Positions 25,200 through 34,736 of a DNA stretch of 42,569 nt are shown here, piece after piece. The position numbers and the translations under genes are program-made. The stretch lies in NCBI GenBank assembly GCA_023257935.1, contig JALRAZ010000029.1, positions 1-42,569 of the forward strand. Direction: 5' to 3'. The notes beneath the pieces are model-generated. The model was not told the DNA's origin. It saw only the letters and a program-made list of their open reading frames with translations, and did not search any database. The stretch comes from Verrucomicrobiota bacterium (GTDB taxonomy: Bacteria > Verrucomicrobiota > Verrucomicrobiia > Limisphaerales > AAA164-E04). Numbering within the stretch: position 1 is the stretch's first letter; each line of letters starts with the position of its first letter.

Positions 25200-26360
25200 T
25201 TATCGGACAATGATGGTCCCCGCCGAGCTTGGGTCGATGTTTTCGATCGCCAGACGACACTCCTGACCGACCCCAGAAAAGTCGTTATTCATGGCGTCGT
25301 AGAGGAAGGGTAGCGCTGGCGATGCACCAGGACCCATGGCGCCGATACTCAATGCGGTGGTCGCACGGACGGCCATGGATGGGTCCCGCAACAAGGGAAT
25401 CAATGCCTCAAGGTAATCGAGGCTGGCAACACCCAACCGCCCGAGACCCTCCACACCATAGCGTCGGATAGCCTCATCGCTGTCCTGAAGGGCCCGAACC
25501 AGCCATGTCATCTGCTCGAGGTCGGCCACAGCAATTTTGGAAAGTGTCTGCAAGGCGATACGTCGATCATGGAGGCTGCCCTCAAGACTTGCCTTGAGTC
25601 GCTTGTAGCCTTCGCGCCCATCCACACCAATCCAACCACCCACAAGGATGGCTCGCTGACGGATACGCCTGTCTTCATGCCCCATCAGGTCCAGGACTTC
25701 CCCGCCGAGCTCTCTGGCTGCAGGCCCCTGGTTTCGCACCAGATCCAGAGCATGAAGCAACATGACACGTTCCTCAGGCCCCACGCCAGTAAAGCGAAGA
25801 CAACGGCTGAGTTCCTCGAGATGCTCACCCATCTTGGTGGGTAGCCCCTGCAGGATTTCCAGACCAAAGGATATTTCAACTGGATCTGAGCGACGGATCA
25901 GAGAAAGTGCACCGGTAAACAGAGCATCTTCCCAATTTTGCGGGGCTCCCAACAGAAGATCAATCAAGGGACGGACCCTTTTGACATGCTGAGCACGTTG
26001 TGACTGAATCGAAACCGGCAGGTAAGCCATCAAATCCAAGGATGCAGGAAGCCACCGTTGAGGAGCACCCAACCACGCAAAAGGAGCCTTGAGGCGCTTC
26101 AAAATAAAAGGAACCGCCTCAGGCCCCATTTGATAGATGGCTTGAGCCACCTCAGTGGATCGGTCTGGGTTGCTCTCCTGAGGTATTGAATCCAGCCATT
26201 GGGTAAGGGTTTTTTGATCATGGACAGGCCCTTGATCAAACCAGCCAACTCTGGCCACAAGCAAAAGTCCCACCGCACCCAGGCATAGAGCCCCATAGCG
26301 GGCCAAGCGCTGGAGACTCCCTGCCACACCTAAGCTCAACCCAGGGGGCTCAGACATCAC
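25200..26360 (-). CDS. Membrane-anchored HEAT/PBS-lyase-repeat protein
   Basis: N-terminal TM helix, then KTLTQWL..AIYQMGPEAVPFI and repeated LxDxDxxIR/VR..A..LG.LG/IG units. Confidence 0.82.
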   Translation of the reverse strand: MMSEPPGLSLGVAGSLQRLARYGALCLGAVGLLLVARVGWFDQGPVHDQKTLTQWLDSIPQESNPDRSTEVAQAIYQMGPEAVPFILKRLKAPFAWLGAPQRWLPASLDLMAYLPVSIQSQRAQHVKRVRPLIDLLLGAPQNWEDALFTGALSLIRRSDPVEISFGLEILQGLPTKMGEHLEELSRCLRFTGVGPEERVMLLHALDLVRNQGPAARELGGEVLDLMGHEDRRIRQRAILVGGWIGVDGREGYKRLKASLEGSLHDRRIALQTLSKIAVADLEQMTWLVRALQDSDEAIRRYGVEGLGRLGVASLDYLEALIPLLRDPSMAVRATTALSIGAMGPGASPALPFLYDAMNNDFSGVGQECRLAIENIDPSSAGTIIVR

Positions 26361-27240
26361 AAGTACGAACCGCTTCGTACAAACTGCCCAGGGGGTGTCT
26401 TATGGGGATGAATTCCTGGGCCACGTAGCCTTTGAATCCGGTTTCAACAATGGCCTGACAAATCGCCGGGTAGTTTAGCTCCTGGGTGGCGTCAATTTCA
26501 TGGCGCCCAGGATTGCCTCCGGTGTGATAGTGACCGATGTAATCGTGATAAGTCTGAATGGTGCGAATCACATCACCTTCCATGATTTGCATGTGATAAA
26601 TATCATAGAGCAACTTGAATCGCTCTGAGCCGATGAGCTTGGCCAGCTCAACGCCCCAAAGGGTATGGTCACACTGGTAGTCCTTGTGGTTAACCTTGCT
26701 ATTGAGCAGTTCCATGCAGACGGTCACTTTGTGCTTTTCGGCAAGGTTCATAATCTGCTTCAGGCCGACGGCACAATTTTTCAAGCCCTGCTCATCATCC
26801 AGCCCATCACGATTACCAGAAAAACAAATAATATTAGGAAATCCTGCTTGAGCCACCAAAGGGATCATGCGCTCAAACCCTTCAATCAGCTCGGCATGGT
26901 GCTCAATCCGATTGAAGCCCTTGGTGATGCCCCCCGGACCATTGGCCATGGCACAGACCAGGCCATGCTTCTTGACGACCTCGTATTGATCGGGATTGAG
27001 TAACTCGACCGAATGCATCCCGAATTGAGCGGCTGCCTGGGCAAGCTCTTCAAGAGAGAGGTCAGGATAGCACCACTTGCACACCGAGTGATTCACATTG
27101 CCCTTAAGCTGCTGGGGTGCAATCTCCGCAGCCCTCAGGGAGGTCTCCACCCCAGAGGAAGCGGCCGCGGCCATCCCCACAACCGAGAGTGATTTCAGAG
27201 CCTTCCTGCGGGAGACTGTGTCGGGTTTTATTGGATCCAT
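26350..27240 (-). CDS. Tat-exported hydroxypyruvate isomerase-family (xylose-isomerase-like TIM barrel) protein
   Basis: Twin-arginine signal SRRKALK, ICFSGNR, CMELLNSKVNHKDY, LLYDIYHMQIMEGD, HYHTGGNPGRHE, GYVAQEF. Start set at the ATG at 27240. Confidence 0.92.
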   Translation of the reverse strand: MDPIKPDTVSRRKALKSLSVVGMAAAASSGVETSLRAAEIAPQQLKGNVNHSVCKWCYPDLSLEELAQAAAQFGMHSVELLNPDQYEVVKKHGLVCAMANGPGGITKGFNRIEHHAELIEGFERMIPLVAQAGFPNIICFSGNRDGLDDEQGLKNCAVGLKQIMNLAEKHKVTVCMELLNSKVNHKDYQCDHTLWGVELAKLIGSERFKLLYDIYHMQIMEGDVIRTIQTYHDYIGHYHTGGNPGRHEIDATQELNYPAICQAIVETGFKGYVAQEFIPIRHPLGSLYEAVRTCDV

Positions 27241-27250
27241 GATTCCTGGC

Positions 27251-27279
27251 ATTCCAGCTGATCCTGGGCATCCCGTCAA
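27251..27279 (-). promoter_or_regulatory. Putative promoter of the Hyi-like/HEAT operon
   Basis: TTGACG-N17-TGGAAT ending 10 nt before the ATG at 27240. Confidence 0.45.
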
Positions 27280-27448
27280 ACGCTTATCAGGCACCTGGCA
27301 AAGCTAGTCTCATTCCAACTGGGAACCCTTTTGCAGGACGACCCAGAAAAAGGCACTGAAACCCCATCGGTCGGATTTGAAGATTTTCTCCTTTATCGGT
27401 TCCATGGCTAGGCGTTACCTTCTTCACTCACCCAGGAAACTGGCATCC

Positions 27449-28681
27449 ATGAGAAAACCGACCCTCTTCATCCTTTTTTTGATCGTATTTGTCGATCTGG
27501 TGGGCTTTGGCATTGTCCTACCCCTCCTGCCTCTATACTCCGAGCAATTAGGTGCTTCTGGAATCATGATCGGATGCATTGTGGCTTCCTACAACCTGAT
27601 GCAGTTTTTCTTTGCTCCCTGGCTTGGCAAACTATCTGACCGCATTGGCCGACGGCCCATTATCCTGGTCAGCACGGCAGGCTCGGCTATCAGCTACGCC
27701 CTTTTTGGCTACGCCAGTGGTCTTTCGGGCACCCAAGGGCTCGTCATGCTGCTGATCTCACGCGTGCTTGCCGGCATCTGTGGGGCCAACCTTTCGGTGG
27801 CTTCGGCCTATGTTGCTGATATCACACCTCCAGAAAAGCGATCAAGTGGAGTGGGGATGGTCATCGGTATGGGGTTCGGGCTGGGCTTCATTTTTGGCCC
27901 CTTGATAGGGGGGCTCAGCAATCACTTCATTGGTCCCCAGGCTCCGGGGTGGGTTGCTGCCGGGATTTGTCTATTCAATTTCGTCACGGCCTTTTTCATC
28001 TTGGCTGAGAGCCGCTCCAAGGACGCTGCACCACCGGTCAAGCGCAGCCAGCTGGCTCAATGGGGCCACACCTTGAAGCAACCCAAGCTGGGTCTTTTGG
28101 TGTTGCTGGTTTTTCTAGCTACCATCTGCTTCGCCTGCTTCGAAACCACTCTGCCTCTGTTGCTGGTCAATGACATGCAATTTGAGAAAACGCAACTTTA
28201 CTACTTGATGGCCTATTCAGGCTTCATCGCGGCCATGGTCCAGGGCGGGGCCATCCGCAAGCTGGTACACCGGTTCGGAGAAAAGCCTCTCATTCTAACC
28301 AGTTTCTTTGGTTTGACCCTGAGTTTCATCTTGATTCCTATGGGCTCAAGCCTGGTAGCCGTGCTCTGTTCCCTTGCCATTTACGCCTTCTTTTCCGGGA
28401 TCAACCGGCCTCCGTTGACTGGGTTGATTTCCATCATCTCTCCGGACAATGAGCAAGGTGCGAACCTTGGCGTCTCTCAGAGTGCTTCGGCCATCGGTCG
28501 CATCATCGGCCCCCCTCTGGCTACAAGCCTCTATTTCATCAAGGCTCCCGTCCCTTACTGGGTTTGTGCGGGTATTTCACTCGTGGCTGGCCTCATCGCT
28601 CTGGTTTTCCTAGCTCGCCTGTTGGCGGATGTCCAAGGAGGCAAGGGAGGTGGAAGCAAAACTTCACCTAGCAGCAGCTGA
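27449..28681 (+). CDS. MFS transporter, DHA1/TetA-like
   Basis: DLVGFGIVLPLLP, motif A GKLSDRIGRRP, SRVLAG, AYVADIT, motif C GFIFGPLIGG, about 12 TM. Start set at the ATG at 27449. Confidence 0.93.
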   Translation: MRKPTLFILFLIVFVDLVGFGIVLPLLPLYSEQLGASGIMIGCIVASYNLMQFFFAPWLGKLSDRIGRRPIILVSTAGSAISYALFGYASGLSGTQGLVMLLISRVLAGICGANLSVASAYVADITPPEKRSSGVGMVIGMGFGLGFIFGPLIGGLSNHFIGPQAPGWVAAGICLFNFVTAFFILAESRSKDAAPPVKRSQLAQWGHTLKQPKLGLLVLLVFLATICFACFETTLPLLLVNDMQFEKTQLYYLMAYSGFIAAMVQGGAIRKLVHRFGEKPLILTSFFGLTLSFILIPMGSSLVAVLCSLAIYAFFSGINRPPLTGLISIISPDNEQGANLGVSQSASAIGRIIGPPLATSLYFIKAPVPYWVCAGISLVAGLIALVFLARLLADVQGGKGGGSKTSPSSS

Positions 28682-28706
28682 GGCCACTTCTTTCATCCTG
28701 AAGCTC

Positions 28707-30152
28707 ATGAACCTGCTGCTTCATCCGCCTAGAGGGGCCAGTCTCATGTTTTGGCTGCTTGCATGGCTGATGAGTCAGCAACCGCTCACCTCTGACCCAT
28801 CTGCACAGTCCTCATGGCCGCAATTTCGCGGTCAGCAAGGACAGGGCAGAGCGATTCAAGAAGAGTTACCTCTACCCTTTGGTCCAACTCAATCCATCAA
28901 GTGGCAAAACCCAATCGGATCAGGCCACTCATCACCCTGCATCTGGGGCGACAACCTTTTCATAACCGCCCATGAAGAAGGAGCATTACAGATTCTAGCC
29001 TTGAACCGGCATGATGGTAAGCTGCTATGGAAGCATGGTCTGCCCCCTTCAAGCATCGAGCGCGGACACCGCAACGGTACGCCAGCCAATTCGACTTCAG
29101 CAACCAATGGTAGCATCCTGGTGACTTATTTTGGTTCCTTTGGGCTCATTGCCCATGAGCTCAACGGCACGGAGATTTGGCGGCATCCCCTCCCAGTGCC
29201 CATCACGCAGCACGGGGCCTCGACATCCCCCGTCCTTCATGGTGATCGAGTGATCCTTCAGATTGATCAGGATGTGGATTCTTACCTGCTATGCCTGGAG
29301 ATCTCCTCGGGAAAGATGCTCTGGAAAGTCGATCGGCCAGGGTTTAGACGAGGCTTTTCAACCCCCATCCTCTGGCCTCCTGAGAGTGATGATCCAAGCA
29401 TCATCACAACAGGAACCCTGCGCATTCAGGCCTACGATCCAGCGAGAGGCCAGCTACGCTGGGAGATCGGTGGGCTGCCCAATGAGATGGTGGCCTCCCC
29501 TGCCTTCGATGAAGACCACCTTTTTGTCTCAGGCTGGACCATGGGTTCGGGGGTTCCAAGCCTTCCTGAGTTCAAGGCCTTAGTGACTGAGGATGCCAAC
29601 GACGATGGCCAGATCCAACGTGAGGAAGCATCAGGAGCGGCCCGCATGCATTTTCCTTACATTGATGCAGACAAAAATGGCGGCATCGACCAATCGGAAT
29701 GGGAAAGCATGAAAGCAATCTTCGAACAGAGCGAAAACGCGCTGATTGCTCTGAAGCGCACACCTGATACCAAGGGGACGCCAGTCCTGGCCTGGAAACA
29801 GCAGCGAGGTCTGCCTTACGTGCCATCTCCCCTTGCCTATGCTGGACGTGTCTTTATGGTGAAAAATGGTGGGATGTTGACATGCTTGAATGCCATGAGC
29901 GGAGAACCCATTTATCGAGAGGAGCGCTTGGGAGCACTGGGCGACTATTACAGCTCGCCCATCGGTGTGGGGGATCATGTCCTGGTTGCCTCGCAGCGCG
30001 GGGTGGTTACGGTGGTCAAGGCTCGGGCCAATGAACTGGAACTGGCTTATCAGATTGACCTGGGTCAAGGCATCATGGCAACCCCTGCGATGGTAGATGG
30101 AAACCTTTACTTGCGGACCACCGAGACGCTCTATTGCTTTGGCAGGCCATGA
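28707..30152 (+). CDS. PQQ-like beta-propeller protein with an inserted EF-hand pair, exported
   Basis: WPQFRG, GHSSPCIWGD, ASTSP, FSTP, YVPSP, YYSSP, ATPA..GNLYLRT; EF-hand loops DANDDGQIQREE and DADKNGGIDQSE. Start uncertain (28707 or later). Confidence 0.88.
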   Translation: MNLLLHPPRGASLMFWLLAWLMSQQPLTSDPSAQSSWPQFRGQQGQGRAIQEELPLPFGPTQSIKWQNPIGSGHSSPCIWGDNLFITAHEEGALQILALNRHDGKLLWKHGLPPSSIERGHRNGTPANSTSATNGSILVTYFGSFGLIAHELNGTEIWRHPLPVPITQHGASTSPVLHGDRVILQIDQDVDSYLLCLEISSGKMLWKVDRPGFRRGFSTPILWPPESDDPSIITTGTLRIQAYDPARGQLRWEIGGLPNEMVASPAFDEDHLFVSGWTMGSGVPSLPEFKALVTEDANDDGQIQREEASGAARMHFPYIDADKNGGIDQSEWESMKAIFEQSENALIALKRTPDTKGTPVLAWKQQRGLPYVPSPLAYAGRVFMVKNGGMLTCLNAMSGEPIYREERLGALGDYYSSPIGVGDHVLVASQRGVVTVVKARANELELAYQIDLGQGIMATPAMVDGNLYLRTTETLYCFGRP

Positions 30153-31252
30153 TCCTGCCCAAAACAAAGAGGGTGATAACAGGCCTGATCGCCCTGGTCT
30201 GCAGCATTTGCCTAGCCACCCAATCCCTCAGACGTCTGAGTCGGCTGAATCCTGCTCGACTCTCCCATCACTCTCACCCGGTCGCTTCACTGGATACCAT
30301 GGCACCAACCACGCATGGTTGGCTTAATGAAGATGAGGTCTTTTTTTTAAGGGAGAAAAATCAGGGGGATTTTCTCTGTGTGAAGGTCAACATCCATACC
30401 CTAGCAGAAAGTGCTATCGAATCGGTTTCACCGTTATTGTTAGATCTTGAGGAACGCGACCAAATCGTTCACCTGCAGGCCTCCCCATCGGGCCGCTACC
30501 TGGCCATCATCACCGGCAACCCAAAACACCCCACCCGCACCCTGCTCCACCTTACCAGCGGCCAATCTGTCCCGCTTGGTTCAAGCCCTCAAATCGAAGC
30601 TTGGCATGAGGGTTGGTTGAGCTGGCTCCCTGGGGAACTGGGTTGGGTGGAGTGGCGTTTGGTGGAGGACAAAAAACAGAACCAATGGGGAATCCGAAGT
30701 GCTCACATCGTGCCCGAATCGATGGCTAAGCCCTTGACCGAAACCATCTGGATATCCGCTCAATACCCTTGGGTAATGGACACTCCTTTTGCCACCGAGG
30801 ATGGAATCGTTCGCTGGGCTCAAGCCAGTTATCCAGATCCGCAAAAACGAGGTGTTATCCAGGTCAATCTGATGGGTGTCCAGCAGCAGAACCCCGTTCA
30901 ATCAACAATCCAACCAGTCGGTCTGACACATGAGGTCGAACCCACTAAATGGATGCAGGTGCGGCACTCCCTAGATGGGCTCACCTGGCTGGCATGCTAC
31001 CAAAGCCCTCGCATCATTCCCCAGCTCAGGTTCACTCAGACATTTCCCTTTGTGGGGTTACGATGGCAAAGGATTCAACTTGATTTGTGGCATGCTGGCC
31101 ATAATACCACGGAACTCAAGATGGAGGTTGAGCCCAATTTCTTTCCCGTGGATTTGAAGCTTAGTCCTTCGGGGCAAAGTATGAGCTTCGTGCATCAGGG
31201 CAAACTGATGGTGATGCACCGAAACCAACCAGTTCATGGAGAATCCAAGTAG
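30149..31252 (+). CDS. Hypothetical membrane-anchored protein, degenerate TolB/WD40-like propeller
   Basis: N-terminal TM helix; ASPSGRYLAI, WLPGE and LSPSGQSMSF resemble PD40 blades. ATGA overlap with the upstream gene supports a start at 30149. Confidence 0.6.
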   Translation: MILPKTKRVITGLIALVCSICLATQSLRRLSRLNPARLSHHSHPVASLDTMAPTTHGWLNEDEVFFLREKNQGDFLCVKVNIHTLAESAIESVSPLLLDLEERDQIVHLQASPSGRYLAIITGNPKHPTRTLLHLTSGQSVPLGSSPQIEAWHEGWLSWLPGELGWVEWRLVEDKKQNQWGIRSAHIVPESMAKPLTETIWISAQYPWVMDTPFATEDGIVRWAQASYPDPQKRGVIQVNLMGVQQQNPVQSTIQPVGLTHEVEPTKWMQVRHSLDGLTWLACYQSPRIIPQLRFTQTFPFVGLRWQRIQLDLWHAGHNTTELKMEVEPNFFPVDLKLSPSGQSMSFVHQGKLMVMHRNQPVHGESK

Positions 31253-32922
31253 GCATCGGCTAGGCGCCTACCCAACTGAAGAATACCTGAAGTCTTAAAC
31301 AGAAGCCTATCTTGACCAGGCAGATCAAAAACCGGGACATGATACAGGTGAGCATCCTTCTCAGCCAGTTGAGCCAGCGCCCCGGTCACATCGATGTTGT
31401 TCAAATCGACATGGTCCGTAGGCGCCTGTTGGCTGACATACCAACGAAGATCTGGCAAGCCAAGGTCAGAGCGTGTCTGCACCATCAGGCGCTCAAGCCG
31501 ATCGATCGACTTGGCTCGATAGGGGGCAAAGGACATATCGTTTTCTCCGAGATGGTAGAAGATACCAGCCAGCCTTACCTCATGACCACATTGCCTCAGT
31601 TCCTGCAAAGCATGGCGTATGGCTGAGACAAATTTAGGATAAAGGTTTCGCTCAGGGGTTTGACTGCCCTCAGGGCTCCAGTCAATGATCTGAGAACCGC
31701 TGTGGGTAAATTTAAGGATGGCAAGGGGTTGTTTGACTCGCTCACGCAACCTATACCCAAAGCTCACCTCAGGCCCAAAGGTGTCATAGAGCCCAGATGG
31801 TGCGAGCGCTTCCCATCCCGCTGATGCACGAACACCCCCTCCTAACCAGTATTTGTAGGCGACGCTAGGAAGAGGCGAAGCCAATCCCTTTGAATCAGGT
31901 ATGGCCTGTAGTTCCTGAACAAAGCTCCATTCTCCTTCCATGTTACGATGCCCAGCCAGGATGAATAAATCAATGGGGTCGCCTGCTTCGAAGGGCCAGG
32001 ACTTGAGTAAGGCATTGGCTGAGCGACCCTTGTCGATGGTTTGGAGGTAGGCTTCAGCAAATTCCACTCCCTGCTCCAATTGGCCAAGAGTTCCATAGTG
32101 GTAGTGGAGGCCCACTGGTTGCCCCATTTCTACACCGACATGGGCATTGCGCACGTAATAGGCAAGAGGATCCTCTTGAGTGGCTTGCTGCTGTCCGCGA
32201 CTGATAGCTGCCATACGAGGGCGCAGATCCATGCCCCAAATCGTTTTGGTGCATAGCTCACCGATAAAGAACGGCAGAGTTGGCGAGCTCAAATCATTGC
32301 GCAGACGCCGCATGAAGTGGGTCAGGTTCTCCCCATACCGAGCCATGTAATGAGGCTCGAACATGTCATTTTCTCCCTGATGCCAGACCACCCCTTCCAA
32401 TTGATAGGTCACGCCTTGCTCTTGGAGTTGCCCTAAGGCCTGCTTGATTTCATCCAGCAAGAGCGGATACATCTTGAACCCTGAAGGCTGGTCTGGATTC
32501 CAGTCCCCTCCCAGATGTGTGCCCCCAGCTGCACATTTAATGATGGCCAATGACCCCACCGAATGCTCTCTGAGATGGGCAGCAAAACTAAGTTCGGGAC
32601 CCACCAAGTTGTTGACGGGTCCCAGAGGAACCCACTGTTCGGATCGCTGCTTCTGTTCCCGTCCCAGACAATACCAGAAACGCACCTCGGACTGGGCTTG
32701 ATGCAGGCCTTGAAAAGGAGGGAACCGATCAATGTGATCAGCATTCGAATCCGATCCCACCATGTTGGATTGTCCTGCAAAAATAAACACCTTCACAGGC
32801 GGTGATGTTGTGCTGGCACGGGAGGAGGTCAACCATGGAGGCCCGGCCAGAAACAACATGAGGAACAGGCTGGCCCACGGCGAACCCCAGAAAAAACATA
32901 GCAACTGGGTAGGTAAGCTCAT
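31234..32922 (-). CDS. Tandem two-domain SASA/SGNH (sialate O-acetylesterase/CE6-like) carbohydrate esterase, exported
   Basis: Domain 1: FAGQSNM, GPE, AGGT, WHQGEND, GLHYH. Domain 2: LAGHRNM, FGPE, HSGSQ, YHLGEND, DRLL. Confidence 0.88.
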   Translation of the reverse strand: MSLPTQLLCFFWGSPWASLFLMLFLAGPPWLTSSRASTTSPPVKVFIFAGQSNMVGSDSNADHIDRFPPFQGLHQAQSEVRFWYCLGREQKQRSEQWVPLGPVNNLVGPELSFAAHLREHSVGSLAIIKCAAGGTHLGGDWNPDQPSGFKMYPLLLDEIKQALGQLQEQGVTYQLEGVVWHQGENDMFEPHYMARYGENLTHFMRRLRNDLSSPTLPFFIGELCTKTIWGMDLRPRMAAISRGQQQATQEDPLAYYVRNAHVGVEMGQPVGLHYHYGTLGQLEQGVEFAEAYLQTIDKGRSANALLKSWPFEAGDPIDLFILAGHRNMEGEWSFVQELQAIPDSKGLASPLPSVAYKYWLGGGVRASAGWEALAPSGLYDTFGPEVSFGYRLRERVKQPLAILKFTHSGSQIIDWSPEGSQTPERNLYPKFVSAIRHALQELRQCGHEVRLAGIFYHLGENDMSFAPYRAKSIDRLERLMVQTRSDLGLPDLRWYVSQQAPTDHVDLNNIDVTGALAQLAEKDAHLYHVPVFDLPGQDRLLFKTSGILQLGRRLADAYLDSP

Positions 32923-32931
32923 CGGTGATGC

Positions 32932-32961
32932 ATCATGGAGGTTTTATGGGCTAGATGACAA
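32932..32961 (-). promoter_or_regulatory. Putative promoter of the SASA esterase gene
   Basis: TTGTCA-N18-CATGAT ending 9 nt before the ATG at 32922. Confidence 0.45.
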
Positions 32962-32999
32962 GATCACTGCTCAGGACGCTTGACCTTTCCGTGTCCTTA

Positions 33000-34538
33000 C
33001 TATTGAGGGAAAACAAATTCACTGACCGGGGATCCATACACGTCTCGATGCCGAAGCCGGAGCCGGGGCAAACCGTCCTCCATGGCCATCACTTCACCGG
33101 TAAGATAACCCCCAGCCACCCTTAGGAATCGATGTTGAGGACGCTCATCACCCACCTTCCAGCCAAGCTGATGCTTGGCACTACCTGGCCCACAACCAAA
33201 TTCCCAAAGGCCCGTTTCTTCATCAACAGAAGCGTACTGCCAATGCCGATCGCCGCAGAAAAGGATGACCCCGGGAATCGAGGCAAAGAAGGATCTCAGT
33301 TCGGCGCCTTCATGGGCAAAAACCGCATTGGCATGATTGTCTTTTTTATTGGGACGATCAGGGCCCACGATGGGAGTCGGGGTGAACACCAGCTTAAAGG
33401 TGGCAGAGGAGGCTGAAAGGGAGGCCTTGAGCCATGCTTTCTGATCTGGCCCCAAGATGGTCTTGGACGGTCCATCCTCAGCCGTGTTAGGACTGCGATA
33501 ATCCCGCCCCTCGAGCAACCAGATACTGAGGTCCTTACCCCAGGCGATGGAATGATAGCGCGGGTTGCGGCTTGGGAATTGTTCTTCATTGAAAAGCTGA
33601 ACCCCTTGTTCGAATGAAACATTGCCATAGCGTTGACCAGGCCAGCAATCATTGCGCAGGGTATCATGATCATCTTTGATGAAATAGGTGGTGTGCGAGG
33701 CGTAAAATGCGCGGTTGCGCGGCATTGAAAACAATCTCCCCCACTTGAATCGCATGAGCTCAATGGTCCAAGCCCAGGGTCCGGGCTTATCGTAATACTC
33801 AATGTCTCCGGCATGCACCACAAAGTCAGGCCGCATGGCCTGCATCGGGACGTAGATCTGGTGCCCCTCCAGCCCCCCGTCTCGACGTAGAAAGTCATGG
33901 CATGTGGTCACGCAGAAACTCAACTCGGATGACTGATCCATTCCTGGGGCTGTTTGGAAAGCACCCTCACAGGTGGCGGTCACTTCTCCTCCATCAACAG
34001 GGCGGGCTTCAACCATCACCCGATAAGTTTTGCCGGGCGTCAATGATTCCAACTTCCATTGCACGGCGTGGTCCTGATCGGCATGGGTTGATGTCCATGG
34101 TGTGCGCCGCACGCTTTCAGGGTAGTGTTCAAGGTGGTAAAGGAGACGCACTTGCCCAGGGGCACCCGGACATGCACCGAGCATCTCATCAAGTTGTGTT
34201 TGGGGGGGCATCTGGAGGGACGCATAGAGGGAAGGATCTCCGCCAGAGCGTGCTACTGATTCCACCGAAGCGGGCACTTGGAGAAAATCCGGCCCCTTTT
34301 GATTCATCTCGGCATGACGCGTGGTCCTGGTCCAGATGACGATGGAGTGCTGATCAGCCCAGCCATTGCGCAGCCCGTTACCTAACTGAGGAATCTGTTC
34401 CGCCTCGGCAAACGGGTAACCCCATGCAAGCCAATAACCCAGGCAGATGATCAGGCCACTGATGCGGGAGAGGTTCGGAGGGTATTGTGTGATTGTCCCA
34501 TTGATCTTGGTGATTCTCATACAATTGTCATCGTTCAC
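33000..34538 (-). CDS. phoD: Alkaline phosphatase D-family metallophosphoesterase
   Basis: FN3-like N-terminal part (IVIWTRT, LTPGKTYRV), HAGDIEYYD, IKDDHD, GRDYRS, TILGPDQKAWL, CGDRH. Start is the GTG at 34538 or the ATG at 34520. Confidence 0.85.
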   Translation of the reverse strand: MNDDNCMRITKINGTITQYPPNLSRISGLIICLGYWLAWGYPFAEAEQIPQLGNGLRNGWADQHSIVIWTRTTRHAEMNQKGPDFLQVPASVESVARSGGDPSLYASLQMPPQTQLDEMLGACPGAPGQVRLLYHLEHYPESVRRTPWTSTHADQDHAVQWKLESLTPGKTYRVMVEARPVDGGEVTATCEGAFQTAPGMDQSSELSFCVTTCHDFLRRDGGLEGHQIYVPMQAMRPDFVVHAGDIEYYDKPGPWAWTIELMRFKWGRLFSMPRNRAFYASHTTYFIKDDHDTLRNDCWPGQRYGNVSFEQGVQLFNEEQFPSRNPRYHSIAWGKDLSIWLLEGRDYRSPNTAEDGPSKTILGPDQKAWLKASLSASSATFKLVFTPTPIVGPDRPNKKDNHANAVFAHEGAELRSFFASIPGVILFCGDRHWQYASVDEETGLWEFGCGPGSAKHQLGWKVGDERPQHRFLRVAGGYLTGEVMAMEDGLPRLRLRHRDVYGSPVSEFVFPQ

Positions 34539-34736
34539 TTTAGAGGGTTTTTAGGATGGCAAAGCTTGCACCCTATGCTGTCTGCATTGCCTAAAAAAGA
34601 AGTTAGGACCCATTGATTCAGGGAATCATGACCCAAGAGATAAAATTCGAGAAATAGATGGCATTGAAAAATAAAATTCCGGAGTAACCCTTGTAGTCCT
34701 ATGCTGGTCTAAAAACATTATTCGCATAGCAAGCTT

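Noticed and set aside
27449-28681. Naming the MFS gene tetA (antibiotic resistance)
   Set aside because: Family-level motifs only; no tetR or mobile context, and substrate cannot be inferred.
33296-33898. 200-aa alternative-frame ORF inside phoD
   Set aside because: Fully nested in a well-supported gene, low-complexity Ser/Pro/Arg composition and no motif; consistent with a shadow ORF.
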